Shown here: positions 38,280-50,629 of the stretch, piece after piece
Layout of the letters: every line of letters begins with the position of its first letter
How positions within the stretch are numbered: the first letter of the stretch is position 1
Assembly (NCBI RefSeq): GCF_001194135.2
Contig: NC_068982.1
Coordinates: forward strand, 120,383,138 to 120,442,976
Direction: 5' to 3'
Length of the DNA stretch: 59,839 nt
Source: Octopus bimaculoides
Lineage: Eukaryota
The notes under the pieces: generated by a model
The model's database searches: none
What the model was told of the DNA's origin: nothing
The model's input: only the letters and a program-made list of their open reading frames with translations
Program-made: the position numbers and the translations under genes

Positions 38280-39104
38280 AGATAGCATGGTGCCAATGCA
38301 CATGCCACATGCATTTCTTTTTCTCAAACCTAGCCCTACGACTTTCACAATTCTTTTTCTTTAATGACCCTCTCCCCACAGCCTCTCTGAATCTTCATAA
38401 CCCTCATGGCTTTGCCTGTTCCTTGCTCCCTTCCTCCCACACCGTCACAATATATTCATCCTCATAACATGAGAGAGCACCTACTGAAACCAGTCCCTCT
38501 CTTTTTCTCACTAACCCCGACACTATCCACCCCCACCCCACCGTCTCTTTTATACCCACCAATCAACAATGTCTACGCTGATACTTTCTCCACTATTATA
38601 GTCATACAACTCATCATACCACCTGGAATAATTGCACGTGAAGATAAACACTTGAGTGCTTCATAAATCTTCCCACCTTCTAAGAACTCACATTCTTAAT
38701 AAGTACTTTCTGATGTCTGGCATTGACTGTTAGCTTGAAGAAAATAAAAACAACAAAAATGGAATGAAATAATAATTCTTTCTAACTTAGGCAGAAAGCC
38801 AGGATTTTTTTATGGGAAAGAGTTTAGTTGATATTATTAACCCAGAACGTGACTGGTACTTCTTTTTGTTACCATCCAAATGGATGAAAGACTATTTACT
38901 TTGTATCAAATTTTACTCCCGCCACAAACAAGTAGAAGACAAGAGTTCCACAGGCTGTGTGACTAAGAAGCTTGCTTCTTGTCCATGTGGCCTCGAGTTC
39001 AGTCCCACTGTGCAGCACCTTGGGCAAGGGCATTCTACTACAGCTTAATGAGTGGATTTCGTAGATAGACACTAAAAGAGGTTAATCACAAATGTGTATA
39101 TATC

Positions 39105-39135
<31 letters not shown>

Positions 39136-40263
39136 ATGCACCTTTGTTTTGACATGAAGTAAAGAGTGCAAATAAGCATCACCAGAATCATCATCATCAT
39201 GATCATCCTTTAACGTCCGTTTTCCATGCTGGCATGGGTTGAACAGTTTGACCAAAGCTGGCAAGCAGGAAAGCTGCACCAAGTTCCGAGCTGATTTGGC
39301 TTGGTTTCAACAGCTGGATGCCCTTCCTGATGCCAACCACTTTACAATGGGTGCTGGGTGCTTTTAACGTGGCACTGGCACAGGACTCTTGCAGATCAAT
39401 CCTTTTCTTCAGTGAGAACAGCATTAACGCTTCTGCTGTGGAGGACAGGTCTCCATGAGTACAGCTAAGCGCCATCATATAAGTGATGTTGTTCATTTCC
39501 AGCCTTCCATGAAAAATGTGTGCGGCCATGTTGAAATGTTGCCTTGCTTGGAAACAAGTGAGGGTTGGCAGCTGGAAAGGCATCCAGTTGTGGAAAACCT
39601 ACCTCAACAAATTCCATCTGATCAATGGAAGCATGAAAAAATTAACATTAAACAATGATGTTCCAGCATCTGAAAAATATATCTAAAAGCATCAAAGGGA
39701 AAATTTCAGCCAATATTTACTAAGTGTTCAGTATGTAATCATCTGTACTAACAAGTGATCATCTGACAAAGATCTAAAAAAAACACTAGAAAAGAAATTA
39801 CACTGATTGTAAAGTTAAGGTACTCTGCTCCAAGTCAATGTAACCAAAAGTTCAGATCTTGCAACAGTCATTATGTGGTATCTTAATAAGGTACCTAATA
39901 GTATTTATTCTAGTTTTCCTAACTGAACATAAAGAAACAAGTTCCAGTGTTACTTCATTGTTAAGTGTTTAGAATTAAGGAAAGCAACCAGCAGTAAAAA
40001 CAAGTGTTATATACAAAAAAGAAAAGAAAATGAATAAAAAACTCTTCATTCATGCAAAAATGAGAAAAATGGAGAAAAGTTTAAAAAGGAAAAAGTGAGG
40101 GTTATTTTAGCAATATATGTATCAGGGTACAATATACAACTGCTTCTGAAAATATACAGTAGTCAACAATGAGAAGAAGGGGGCCAAGGGAATTTTCCTA
40201 GGTAGAATCTAAGTATTTTAACTAGTATTTAGTAGAGGAAATTATTGACAATAAAGGATTTAC

Positions 40264-40434
40264 TTTAGCATTAAATCCAAGTCGAGATACAGGAACATTT
40301 TCTGGTCCAGAATAAGCATCAAAATGTTTACAACCTGAACTGGCTCTGATGTAACGTGGATGATTGCCTTGAAGACCTTGCACATAGCTGGTGGCATAAC
40401 TGCCGGTCAAGTAGGGATCTTCACCATAGGTTTC
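40264..40434 (-). CDS. GH3 exon 3
   Basis: ttacag|ETYGEDPYLTGSYATSYVQGLQGNHPRYIRASSGCKHFDAYSGPENVPVSRLGFNAK|gtaaat; 171 nt; ETYGEDP and KHF motifs. Confidence 0.94.
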
Positions 40435-40585
40435 CTGTAAAAGCAATAACACTGAAATGTAGTTAAATGTGAGCAAACAAAATAAATGTCAGGTAATATG
40501 TTGAATTAAGATGGGAAAGCCCACAAGCGTTAATCTTCAACAATACTCTTGTTTGCCTTTCAGGAAAATATTATACACACACATA

Positions 40586-41408
40586 CAAGGTTTGATCAAT
40601 AAATATCCAGACTGTTGCGATAGTAATGAAGCTAAAGCATGCAGAATGAAGCCACTTGGCAGAGATTGACCTTGAACTCTGTGCATACACACTAAGTCTT
40701 AATGTTCTAGCTCACTTCCGCTGTTTACATCAGTGCTTGGAAGGAAGGCGTGTAGTGTGTAATTGTCACATTGACCATGACAGAGAGGCCTATGCAAAGT
40801 TGCAGAAAGTGTATGGAGAGGAGTGTATGAGCTGCACACAAGTGTATAAGTGGTTCAGATGTTTCCAAGATGGCCAAAATAATATCAATATTGATGAACG
40901 TTCTGGGAGACCTGCAACCAGCAGAAGTAAGAAAACCATCACAGATGTGTGAGCAGCCGTGAGGGGAAATCATCAAATCACCAGCCATGACTTATCAGAG
41001 GATGTGCAGATTAGTTATGGTTCAGTTCAGTCCATTATCAATGAAGATTTAGGTATGAGACACGTGTCTGCCAAGTTTGTTCCAAATCAAGATCTCCTTG
41101 ATTGTGTCTAGAACAATGATAACCTGTTGAAAACTTTGCATAGGCCTCTGAGCAGGTATTGCCAAGCTTTTGGCAAAATTTGATGCAGATGCTCTGCTCA
41201 ACTTTCACTGTCATGATCAATGCAATGATCATGCATTATATATCTTCTTTCCAAGCACTGCTATAAACAGCAGAAGTGAGCTAGAATGTTAAAACTTAGT
41301 GTGCATGCACAGCAGAACTCAAGGTAAATCTATGCCAAGTGGCATTACTCTGTATGCTTTAGCTTCATTAGTATGGCAACAGTCCGGATACTTATTGATC
41401 AGACTATG
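40586..41408. mobile_element. Mariner-derived element with two opposed 5' ends (long inverted arms), TA flanked
   Basis: TA|CAAGGTTTGATCAATAAATATCCAGACTG...CAGTCCGGATACTTATTGATCAGACTATG|TA. The + strand has EAYAKLQKVYGEECMSCTQVYKWFRCFQDG...DERSGRP and LGMRHVSAKFVP; the - strand has EQSICIKFCQKLGNTCSEAYAK. Confidence 0.85.
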
Positions 41409-41451
41409 TATGATATATGAAAGAAAATGTTGCATACAGGTGCACTACAAC

Positions 41452-41486
<35 letters not shown>

Positions 41487-41738
41487 NNNNNNNNNNNNNN
41501 NNNNNNNNNNNNNNNNNNNNNNNNNNNNNNNNNNNNNNNNNNNNNNNNNNNNNNNNNNNNNNNNNNNNNNNNNNNNNNNNNNNNNNGTATATGTATGTGT
41601 ATATGTGTGTATGTGTATATATGTGTGTGTGTGTGTACACATATATATGTATACATGCACACATATATATATGGATATGTGGATATATGTATATGGGTAT
41701 GTGTATGTACGTATATATGAAAACACTTGAGTTATTTT

Positions 41739-41778
<40 letters not shown>

Positions 41779-42570
41779 ATTTGTATGTATGTGTGTGCAT
41801 GCGTGTGTGCATGTGTGTGTTTACGTATGTATACATGTATGTATATGTATATGCGTATCTGTTTATTTTATTAGTTAATATGTGTAGCTATGTGTATGTG
41901 TATGAGTCTATTTCTATTTATACATGTGTATATATAAATGGATACATATGTGTATATGGGGACATGCACACATATGTGTATATTTGTATATGCATGGGTA
42001 CGTATGTGCATATGTATAAATGTGGACGTATGAGTGTATATATATGTGTGTGTGTATATGTGTGTATGTACAAGTACACATATATATGTATATGTATATA
42101 TATATGTGTGTGTGTATCAATATGCATGTATGTGTGTGTTTGTGTATATGTATTTATGTATGNNNNNNNNNNNNNNNNNNNNNNNNNNNNNNNNNNNNNN
42201 NNNNNNNNNNNNNNNNNNNNNNNNNNNNNNNNNNNNNNNNNNNNNNNNNNNNNNNNNNNNNNNNNNNNNNNNNNNNNNNNNNNNNNNNNNNNNNNNNNNN
42301 NNNNNNNNNNNNNNNNNNNNNNNNNNNNNNNNNNNNNNNNNNNNNNNNNNNNNNNNNNNNNNNNNNNNNNNNNNNNNNNNNNNNNNNNNNNNNNNNNNNN
42401 NNNNNNNNNNNNNNNNNNNNNNNNNNNNNNNNNNNNNNNNNNNNNNNNNNNNNNNNNNNNNNNNNNNNNNNNNNNNNNNNNNNNNNNNNNNNNNNNNNNN
42501 NNNNNNNNNNNNNNNNNNNNNNNNNNNNNNNNNNNNNNNNNNNNNNNNNNNNNNNNNNNNNNNNNNNNNN

Positions 42571-42601
<31 letters not shown>

Positions 42602-42625
42602 TATATATATATATATATCATTGTC

Positions 42626-42657
<32 letters not shown>

Positions 42658-43220
42658 GAACAGGTGTGGTTATATGGTTAAGCAGTTTGCTTTCCAACCA
42701 CATGGTTTCAGATTAAATTCCACTGCATGCAGGCACCTTCAACATGTATCTTTTACTTTAGCCCCAGACCAAACAAAGCCTTGTCAGTGAATTTGGTAGA
42801 TAGAAACTTTAAAAAAGTCTGTCATATATGTATATATGGACATGTGTAGATATATATACATAAACTTTATTTTACATTTCTTGCCCACAAGAGATTATAT
42901 CTGATCTTTAGCATACTGCTGTATGTCTTCTCAAATCACAATCACAGGAAAAGTTGTTGATAAGAATTACTAACAAAATCAAAGCTGATAAATACACACA
43001 GGTGTTCCAAATTAAGTTTAATTACCAATAAACATCAGCTTGGATGACACTTTAATCAACAGACAGAGAAAGGTGACCGATCAAACTGATTATGTAAATA
43101 GAATTCTTTTCCGCCTATTCTTGTGGGAACCTTTGATACAGAGTATCGAAATTCTAATCCCTTTCACACTTATAAAATGTCAAGCATACTTAAAAATTTG
43201 TTGTTATCATTATTATCAGT

Positions 43221-43394
43221 ATGGGCAGAACTTACAAATCGTTTACTGTGAAGGAGAAATTAAGTATGGTTGAATATGCATTTGAACATGACAATAGAGT
43301 TGCAGGAAGGTATGTTAATGGTACTGAAGCCAATGTTTGAAACTGGCATAAACAGTACGACACACTTAAAAATGGGCCAAGTAATAAAAAGACT
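43221..43394 (+). mobile_element. pogo/Tigger-like N-terminal HTH (Brinker-type) remnant
   Basis: MGRTYKSFTVKEKLSMVEYAFEHDNRVAGRYVNGTEANV*NWHKQ resembles pogo DNA-binding domains; contains an in-frame stop. Confidence 0.55.
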
Positions 43395-43893
43395 AAAATA
43401 AAAACATACAATCAGGATTATCCAAATTTTTACATTTCTTTCGGTCAGGAATATCCATATCCCTACGTATGTCAATGGTGTTCCGTTGTGATAGGTAGAA
43501 ACTACAAGCAATCTAAAATATGGCCCAGACCAATATAGTTGGTCTGGGGCTATAGTAAAAGATATGGCCCAGCATGAAAGTCAGACTTCAAAAAGTAATT
43601 AACCATTTAACAGTTTTAGTAAATTTATACAGAAAAAGTAAGCATTATACCCTCCAGCATAAATAAAAGTCAACTTCATTATAATTAAGCCATTATTTTT
43701 TCTGTAAAAACATATTCTGACATTAAATGAGTCAAGTTCCAGTACGAATGTTTACGTTTTGTAAGTCTTTTTTCAAACCCCAAATTTCAAAATATTCTGG
43801 AAACAATCTACTCATGTAATTTACGCACTCACTAAAGTTTATTTTTATTTTTTCAAAAAAAAGTGTGTAAATGACATGGGTTTNNNNNNNNNN

Positions 43894-43930
<37 letters not shown>

Positions 43931-44259
43931 GAGAGCAGAAGCAAGAGAGAGAGATGGAGTGAACAACCAATTTTGAGGAAATACACACACACACATATAT
44001 ATTTCTATATTGGCTTATAAAAATTTTCCTTGCTTTTAAATCCCTCAATGCTTTCAATTAATTACCATTACATCTCATAGCATTTTAGAGTTTTCTTTGC
44101 AAAGGTGCAGAAGCACGAAGTTCGTGTCAAAATATATGAATAAGACACATATTTAAGAGATTCAACGTACATGAATTTTATTATATTCCACAAATTAAAA
44201 GTACTTATTTAGTAAGGAATTTTTTTTCAAATGTCACTGAGCAATAAATTATAGTTTGT

Positions 44260-45362
44260 AATTTTATCTTACTGATGTGGTGGACAGTTTTTCAAAATAG
44301 CCTGAAGTGCATAAGTGTAAAAAGCGAACATCTGAAGTTACATTAAGTTTTTTACATGAATTGTTTGCCAGATATGGTATTACTGATACCATTGTATCTG
44401 ATAATGGAACTCAATTTACTTCAGACAAGTTCAAATAATTTTGTAAAATGTTCATTATTAAACATGTGACCACTCTGCTGTCTCATCCGAGGTAAAATGG
44501 ACAAGCAGACTATTTTGTTGATACTTTTAAGAGAGTCTTAAAAAAGGTGAACAATGAAGTAATGGACAACCTTGCACTTCAACAATTTCTAAGAGTGTAC
44601 CGAATAACACCTAATCTGAATACGCTGCCTGGAATGTCACCTGCAGAATTGATGTTTGCTAGAAAGATCAGATTCATCTTTGATAAGCTGATACTGAGTG
44701 AAAATAGAAAAAAAGCAAACAACAACTATACTTCAAAATTCTTCCAGTTAGGTGACAAAGCTGTTTTTAAAACCTATAGATGTGGTAAAGAAAGCTGGTA
44801 GGACAGTAATTATTAAACAGATTGGAAGAATGTTATTCCTGGTAAAAGGAAAAAATGTTGAACATAAAAGACATATAAACCAACTTAAAAAAAGATTCAC
44901 AGAAGAAACAGTCATGAGAGATGAAATTCCCATGGAAGTATTGTATGACACATTTGAGGTGCCAACACCCAAACAAATTGAAACTACATGTTCAAGCACC
45001 AAAGAAAGAAGAATGGAAACACTGGAATTAAGCCCTAAGTGTAAGAGATATTAAAACTCTAAATGGAATTTAATTCCCCAAAAGGGAAGAAGTTGTGGGA
45101 GGCTAACTCTCAAAAGGGGAGATGTTGTGGCAGGATTCCTACCAACCCCATGTGACTAAAAGTGAACTGACACATTTCAATAATATAAAGAATTGTTGAG
45201 TTGACAGGAGCAATTGATTAGGAGCAACTGATTGTGAACAGTTAAGAGAGTGTTGAGCCTCATGTAACAGTGATTGTAGTGCATCATGTGAATACTTTCT
45301 TTCTCCCCACTTTGTTAAATTATTTATCCAACACCACAATATGGAACTTACTAATGTCAACA
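44260..45362 (+). mobile_element. Ty3/Gypsy 3' fragment: decayed integrase, PPT and 240-bp LTR (45123-45362)
   Basis: ELFARYGITDTIVSDNGTQFTSDKFK*F and QQFLRVYRITPN...SPAELMFARKIR; purine tract AAAAGGGGAGA directly before TGTTG...CAACA. Confidence 0.8.
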
Positions 45363-45538
45363 AGTACAATAATTATACAAGTTAATAATTATGGTAGTGA
45401 GTATACTGATATAAGTAGTCCATGAACAAAGCTGGTCTAAATTTAATAGAAAAATTTCAATAAATGGATAGTAAAACAAAACATTTTAATAAATAAACAA
45501 GAAGTTTTTTAAAAGAATTATTTGAAGTCTAATTTTAC

Positions 45539-45698
45539 CTGTGTTCTTCCCCACAGTGGGTGCCTGACAATGTTGATGACTGGACTAAAACAACTCATCC
45601 CGGTGTGTGTACCCATCTGATGTCTCCGCATGTAATCAATATGTTTGGCACGCACTTCACTGCCAACAGCTTCAGCAACATCGTAGAGCAAATGAGTG
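45539..45698 (-). CDS. GH3 exon 2 (coding frame not in the ORF track)
   Basis: cattgtag|C ACT CAT; (N)THLLYDVAEAVGSEVRAKHIDYMRRHQMGTHTGMSCFSPVINIVRHPLWGRTQ|gtaaaa; 160 nt; SPVINI.R.P.WGR motif. Confidence 0.93.
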
Positions 45699-46293
45699 CT
45701 ACAATGACAGAGATAGCAGAAAAAGAAATAGCAGAAAAACTTGATGACAAAATCATGTTAAAAGGTGAAATCAAAGAAATAGAGAAACTTGTAGGGTTCA
45801 CTGAGTGTAACAACATATTAGTTTTTGTTGTTTCAAATAAACCTTGTCTGAGCAAACCTATAATCGAAAGCATTCTAGTTACAGCCATCCTAATTTTTCA
45901 GTAGTATCTACAACTACGTAATCTAATGTGTTTTTCAGTGCTTATGACAAAGGGGTGATATATGAAGGAAAGTCTGCAGTAACTTTGAGTAAGCTAAGTA
46001 ACCACCAAGAAGAACCTTTTTGAAAATAGAAGTGTTATCATATATAAAAGAACTATTATTTTTCTACACTTCTCTGTTAGTTGTGTTATTGTTGTTGTTA
46101 TCATTGTTTCGACTCAGGTCAACGCTGATCAAAAGGACCAATAACATGTATCTAGTATTCTATTATCTGATGAGCTTTTTCTTTTTTTTAAGACAGGAAG
46201 ATGTGATTTGAGGGAGATTTGGCTACTATTTCTAACAAGTCGATTGACCATATAGGGCAGAGTATAATAGCAAGAGTGAAAATGCAGGTTTAA

Positions 46294-46513
46294 CCTTTTA
46301 GCATTAAAACCAGCCGTATCTGGCCAAAGTATTCTGCCTGTTTTACATTCAAAATGTTCATAGCCAGCCTCTCTAATCTACTCTACAATATCATACTAAA
46401 AATAAACAATCACATCATCAGAATCTCAAAGCCACAAGATAATGCATGATTATTTCAAAACAATGTGAATAAATAAGCATCAAATTTGACAGAGTAATCT
46501 GAATGCTAAAGGG
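46294..46513. mobile_element. piggyBac-like MITE, 220 bp, TTAA target duplication
   Basis: TTAA|CCTTTTAGCATT...AATGCTAAAGGG|TTAA. Confidence 0.75.
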
Positions 46514-49500
46514 TTAAGAAGGTCCTTTAATGAGGCCAAGGACATGACAACTTCCCTAGTGTTAGTGCTATGTAAAGTGGTTGATGTTAGAAAGGACGGC
46601 CAGTCAAAGAATTAGAAACCATGCCAAAATAGAAGATACAAATGAAACATGGTCCACCAACTAATGTTCCTCCTAAACTGTGTGCTTGAGCATGCACACA
46701 TGTTTTACAACTAGCACACAAGGTTTTCAAAATAAATAAGTCTTTTTTTGTCTCTTTGAAACAATTAATCATATTTTATTTTTTATCTTTTACTTGTTTC
46801 ACTCATTAGACCGCAGCCATGCTGGAGTACCACCTGGTACTCATTCTATCGATTTACTTTGTCAAATCACTAAGTTATAGGGATGTAAACACACCAGCAC
46901 CAGTTGTCAAGCAGTGGTGGGGGACAAACAGATACACACACACACACACACACAGTTCAAATATACAGAAAACAAAAGGTGAAGACAGGTGTAGGAACAA
47001 CAAGCAGGTGTATTAGTTTAATGCTCAGGAAAAATGGAAAAGTTTTTACATTTCGAGCCTATGCTCTTCAACAGACAGGATTAAGAGGAAAAAAAGGAGA
47101 GAGAGTGAAAAACATGGAGAGAGAGAAAAAAAATGTGGTGGGATTAACAGTTCAACATATATACAAATATAGGACTGGCTTCTTTCAGATTCCATCTATC
47201 AAATCCACTCACAAGGTAGGAGACACTTGCCCAAGGTGTCACACAATGGCACTGAACCCCAGACCATGTAGTTGGGAAGCAAGCTTCATACCACACAGCC
47301 ACGCCTTCTAAACAGAAATTGAATGAAACTGACAATCTATCCAACTCATGCCACATTGAAAAATGGACATAAAATAACAATGAAGACGATAAGAAGCTTT
47401 GAGGAGATTCATCTGTACTAGGTACTTCAATTTTACAAAATTACAGTTATGTAATTTGTATTAAATTATTATTGGGATGTAGAAAAACTTTCCTGTTTGT
47501 GAAGGGATTCCCCACTCCCAGTTTTCATACCCCTTCATCATCTAAACCATTGCAATTCTTTTGTATATTCAGCTATAGTCAAAGAATATCTTATTGTGAA
47601 TAAAATAGTAATTTTTCAGACTATTAATCTCATCTTTCTAGATGAAAATCACCATCATCATTATTTAAGGTCCACATTTCCATGTTTGCATGAATCACAT
47701 AGAATTTGTTCTTTCATCTTCACTATGTTTCAACTGGTTTGATTTCAAGTCTTCATCAGGTTATGTAGATAGCATCAGACTGGATTCAAACTAGAACCAT
47801 TTATTTGTAAACTAATTCTCTTATCTAGTAAACAGTTGACACACAAATTCTTTTATAGACGCATATGGTTAATAATCCAAAAACAATAATCTTATTAACC
47901 CTTTGGACTTGCCAACTCAAAGTTCTAGAAGCAATGATTTTTTTACTATGTCCTGCCAGTCTAGATTCCATTCTGCCACGTTTCTGATCACTGTTGTTAT
48001 TTACATGCACACCTGGTAGAAGGTTCACGGTTCAAAGGATTAAGAACAACTTAGACATTTAGCTAGTTTATTATGGAGATAACAAAATTCATTGAACTGT
48101 TAAAATTCTTCTTTTAGATTATAAAATACAATAAAAATTTGGAAAGCTTTTGAGAAATACTTACAATAACTATGTAAAATGTGAGAAGATAATTCTTATT
48201 AATTTAACAAATGTTTTTTTCTCACTAAGTCACAGATAGTAGAAGCAACAGAGTTAACCTTTAAGCTAAAGTGTCAACAGTTCGTATCTAATCCCCAGTA
48301 TTGTCCCAAGAATGTCTTTAAACAATCACATGCTCTACTAGAAATAGTAGCCAAGTTTTCGTCAAACAACACAAAATTTCTCTTAAAAAGACAGGGTGGT
48401 CATATATGAAATACATTCTGTCATAGATCTGCTGAATTGGAGTTAACATGGGACTAAACAATAACAGCTCATTAATACAACTCATTAACTCAATCTGACT
48501 AGCTCACCATTGTAAGCAGCTGCAGTAACATACAACCTATTTCTAATAATAGCTGAAGGCCACAAACTTTACAGGAAAGATATAGTCAATTAAATTGCAA
48601 CTAGTACTTAATTAGCACAAAGATACAAGGTAGATTTAACTAAGGCAGTATTCAAGCAATACTTCTTTATAATTACAATTAAACCTTGGGAGAGGCATTA
48701 TGCCAGTAATAAACACATGCACTGGTTCAGTCCTTTATTAATTTATAAACAGTATATAGTTTTTTGTTAAATAATTTCATTGCACTCTTGCAATCTCTTC
48801 AGTAACTTGTCTCTCCACTTCCATTTATTTTGAATGTATGATTTGGCATTGTTTTGAATTTATAATTAATTTACAATTAATTTACAAGTGTCTCATTAGC
48901 TTTCAGTTCTGAGTTCAAGTCCTTCAAGAAATGGAGAAAGATAGGCTCCACTAAGCTGACTTGGCTTCTGAATATTACATGAAGAAAAACATTTTTAAAT
49001 GCAAATAGATTATCAGATATACAGCAACAACTACTTTAATACATAATGAAACAAGTGCCAATACACTGAATGTGGAAAGCAATAAAACTTCAGTTAGTGA
49101 CGGCTATATCTGTAGTGAGGAAAAGCAAACATTGTCGAACAGGGAACTCCTTCAATCCTGGCGGATCATAGGTTTCTACAGCTGGAAAGTTCTCCTCTAA
49201 GATGCAGACCTGGGAAAGGTTTTCCCAGTGTTAACACAGCTTGGCACCGGTGCCATCAAAAGCATTACCATCAGAATACAAAGAACCAGAAAAGATACTG
49301 TAGGACAATTTATCTAAAATTTTAACAATTCTTGCCAATCGATGCCTCTGCCTCCTTGAACAGACAAAAAACAAAACTGACCTAAGTTGAATTCGAACTC
49401 AGTGTACTGAGTCGGAACAAATACAGCAAAACATTTTATCCTAAACTCTAATGACCCAGCTATTTCACTGCTTACGATCATAGTTCAAATACCGCCAAGA

Positions 49501-50209
49501 TTAGCTTTACTTTTCATCTTTCATGGATCAGTAAAATAAAATACCTAGTTGAGTGCTGAGGTCAATGTGACTGCCTATACCTCCCTAAACTTTTGAGGCC
49601 TTGCACCTCTTATAAAAATCAATATTTATTGTAATTCCTCTGTTGGCAATTGCAAATAGTGGAGATAACACTGATTATGTAGAGCCTAATCTATATTTTG
49701 TTTTTCATCTCTTAAAAGAACTAAAAAAAAGAGAACCAATAAATTGTTGCCATGAACCAATCTTAACCACTTCGGCGTCTCTTTGAGTTCATACGTCCCA
49801 CAGGATATTTTGTTTACACACACAAAAACAATATTGTTTGTTATATTTTTTAATTGAGTAACATAAGTCCACCTAACCCTGAGTAAAGCTGTCCTAAAAA
49901 TAGTTATATTGGTAGTGATAAACAACAAAGAGGATAAAGTTCTTTGGATAATAAACTGATATGACACTAATGCTTCTATACAAAAATACTAACTTCAAAT
50001 ATGAACATCTACAAACACACGCACATAGATAAATGTATACAAACGTACATACAAANNNNNNNNNNTATATATATATGTATGTATATATATATATAATTAT
50101 GTGCGTGAGTTGTCTAAGAGATCATAAGTCAGGGAAAAAGATGCACTCATATATCTGTCAGTAGAGTGGGTATATTGTCAGAATTTTATAGTATTAAATA
50201 TCCATCATG

Positions 50210-50299
50210 GCTGATCTTACCAATTGGTTTCGCGTAAAGAATACAATGGAGTGTTAAGTAACAATCTGATTATATAACTTTATGCTCATCAGAGATAGC
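50210..50299 (-). ncRNA. Type I hammerhead ribozyme (Penelope-associated minimal type, palindromic helix III)
   Basis: Minus strand reads gctatct-CTGATGA-gcataaag-[38 nt]-ctttacgc-GAAA-ccaattgg-TA-agatcagc. All core nucleotides are present, with helix II 7/8 bp, helix III A-U/C-G/C-G plus an AAUU loop, a GUA triplet and helix I of 4+3 bp with one bulge. Confidence 0.75.
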
Positions 50300-50629
50300 T
50301 TATAAGGAAGGGAATATGGAGACTGCTCTCTATTATCGGAGATGGATAAGCTGCTGCAGAAACGGTAGTGGAACAAAAATGGGCTAGGGGATTAGGTTAG
50401 GAGTTATGTCCTTGGTTGGGTATGCTGTGAAGCCGGCAAGAGTTATCCTGAATGTGGGTATTATTAATGTGGTGCTCCTGTAGGGATGGGGTGTGTGATA
50501 TGAGTAGTATTGTCATATGTGTAATTTTTTCCAGGAGTGAAGGTATATATAGCTGTGTTCGTTGGTCTGTTTTCTTTCTGTAAAGGATAAAGTCCGGGGA
50601 GGGGGGTATGTTAGCGTGTAGTATATAAT

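Noticed and set aside
41399-42790. Many long overlapping ORFs (up to 310 aa) rich in Y/I/C/V/M/H/T
   Set aside because: They are translations of (TA)/(TG)/(TATG) microsatellites and N runs. The ORFs at 2802-3842, 14986-15259 and 18025-19164 likewise read through N gaps.
45560-45904. 114-aa + strand ORF and 97-aa - strand ORF as independent genes
   Set aside because: They are the antisense and off-frame shadows of GH3 exon 2 (45539-45698).
47705-47770. Second hammerhead-like string on the minus strand (CTGATGA-AGAC...GTT-GAAAC-ATA-GTG)
   Set aside because: The triplet is GUG rather than NUH, helix II is poor and helix I barely pairs. At best it is a decayed relic.
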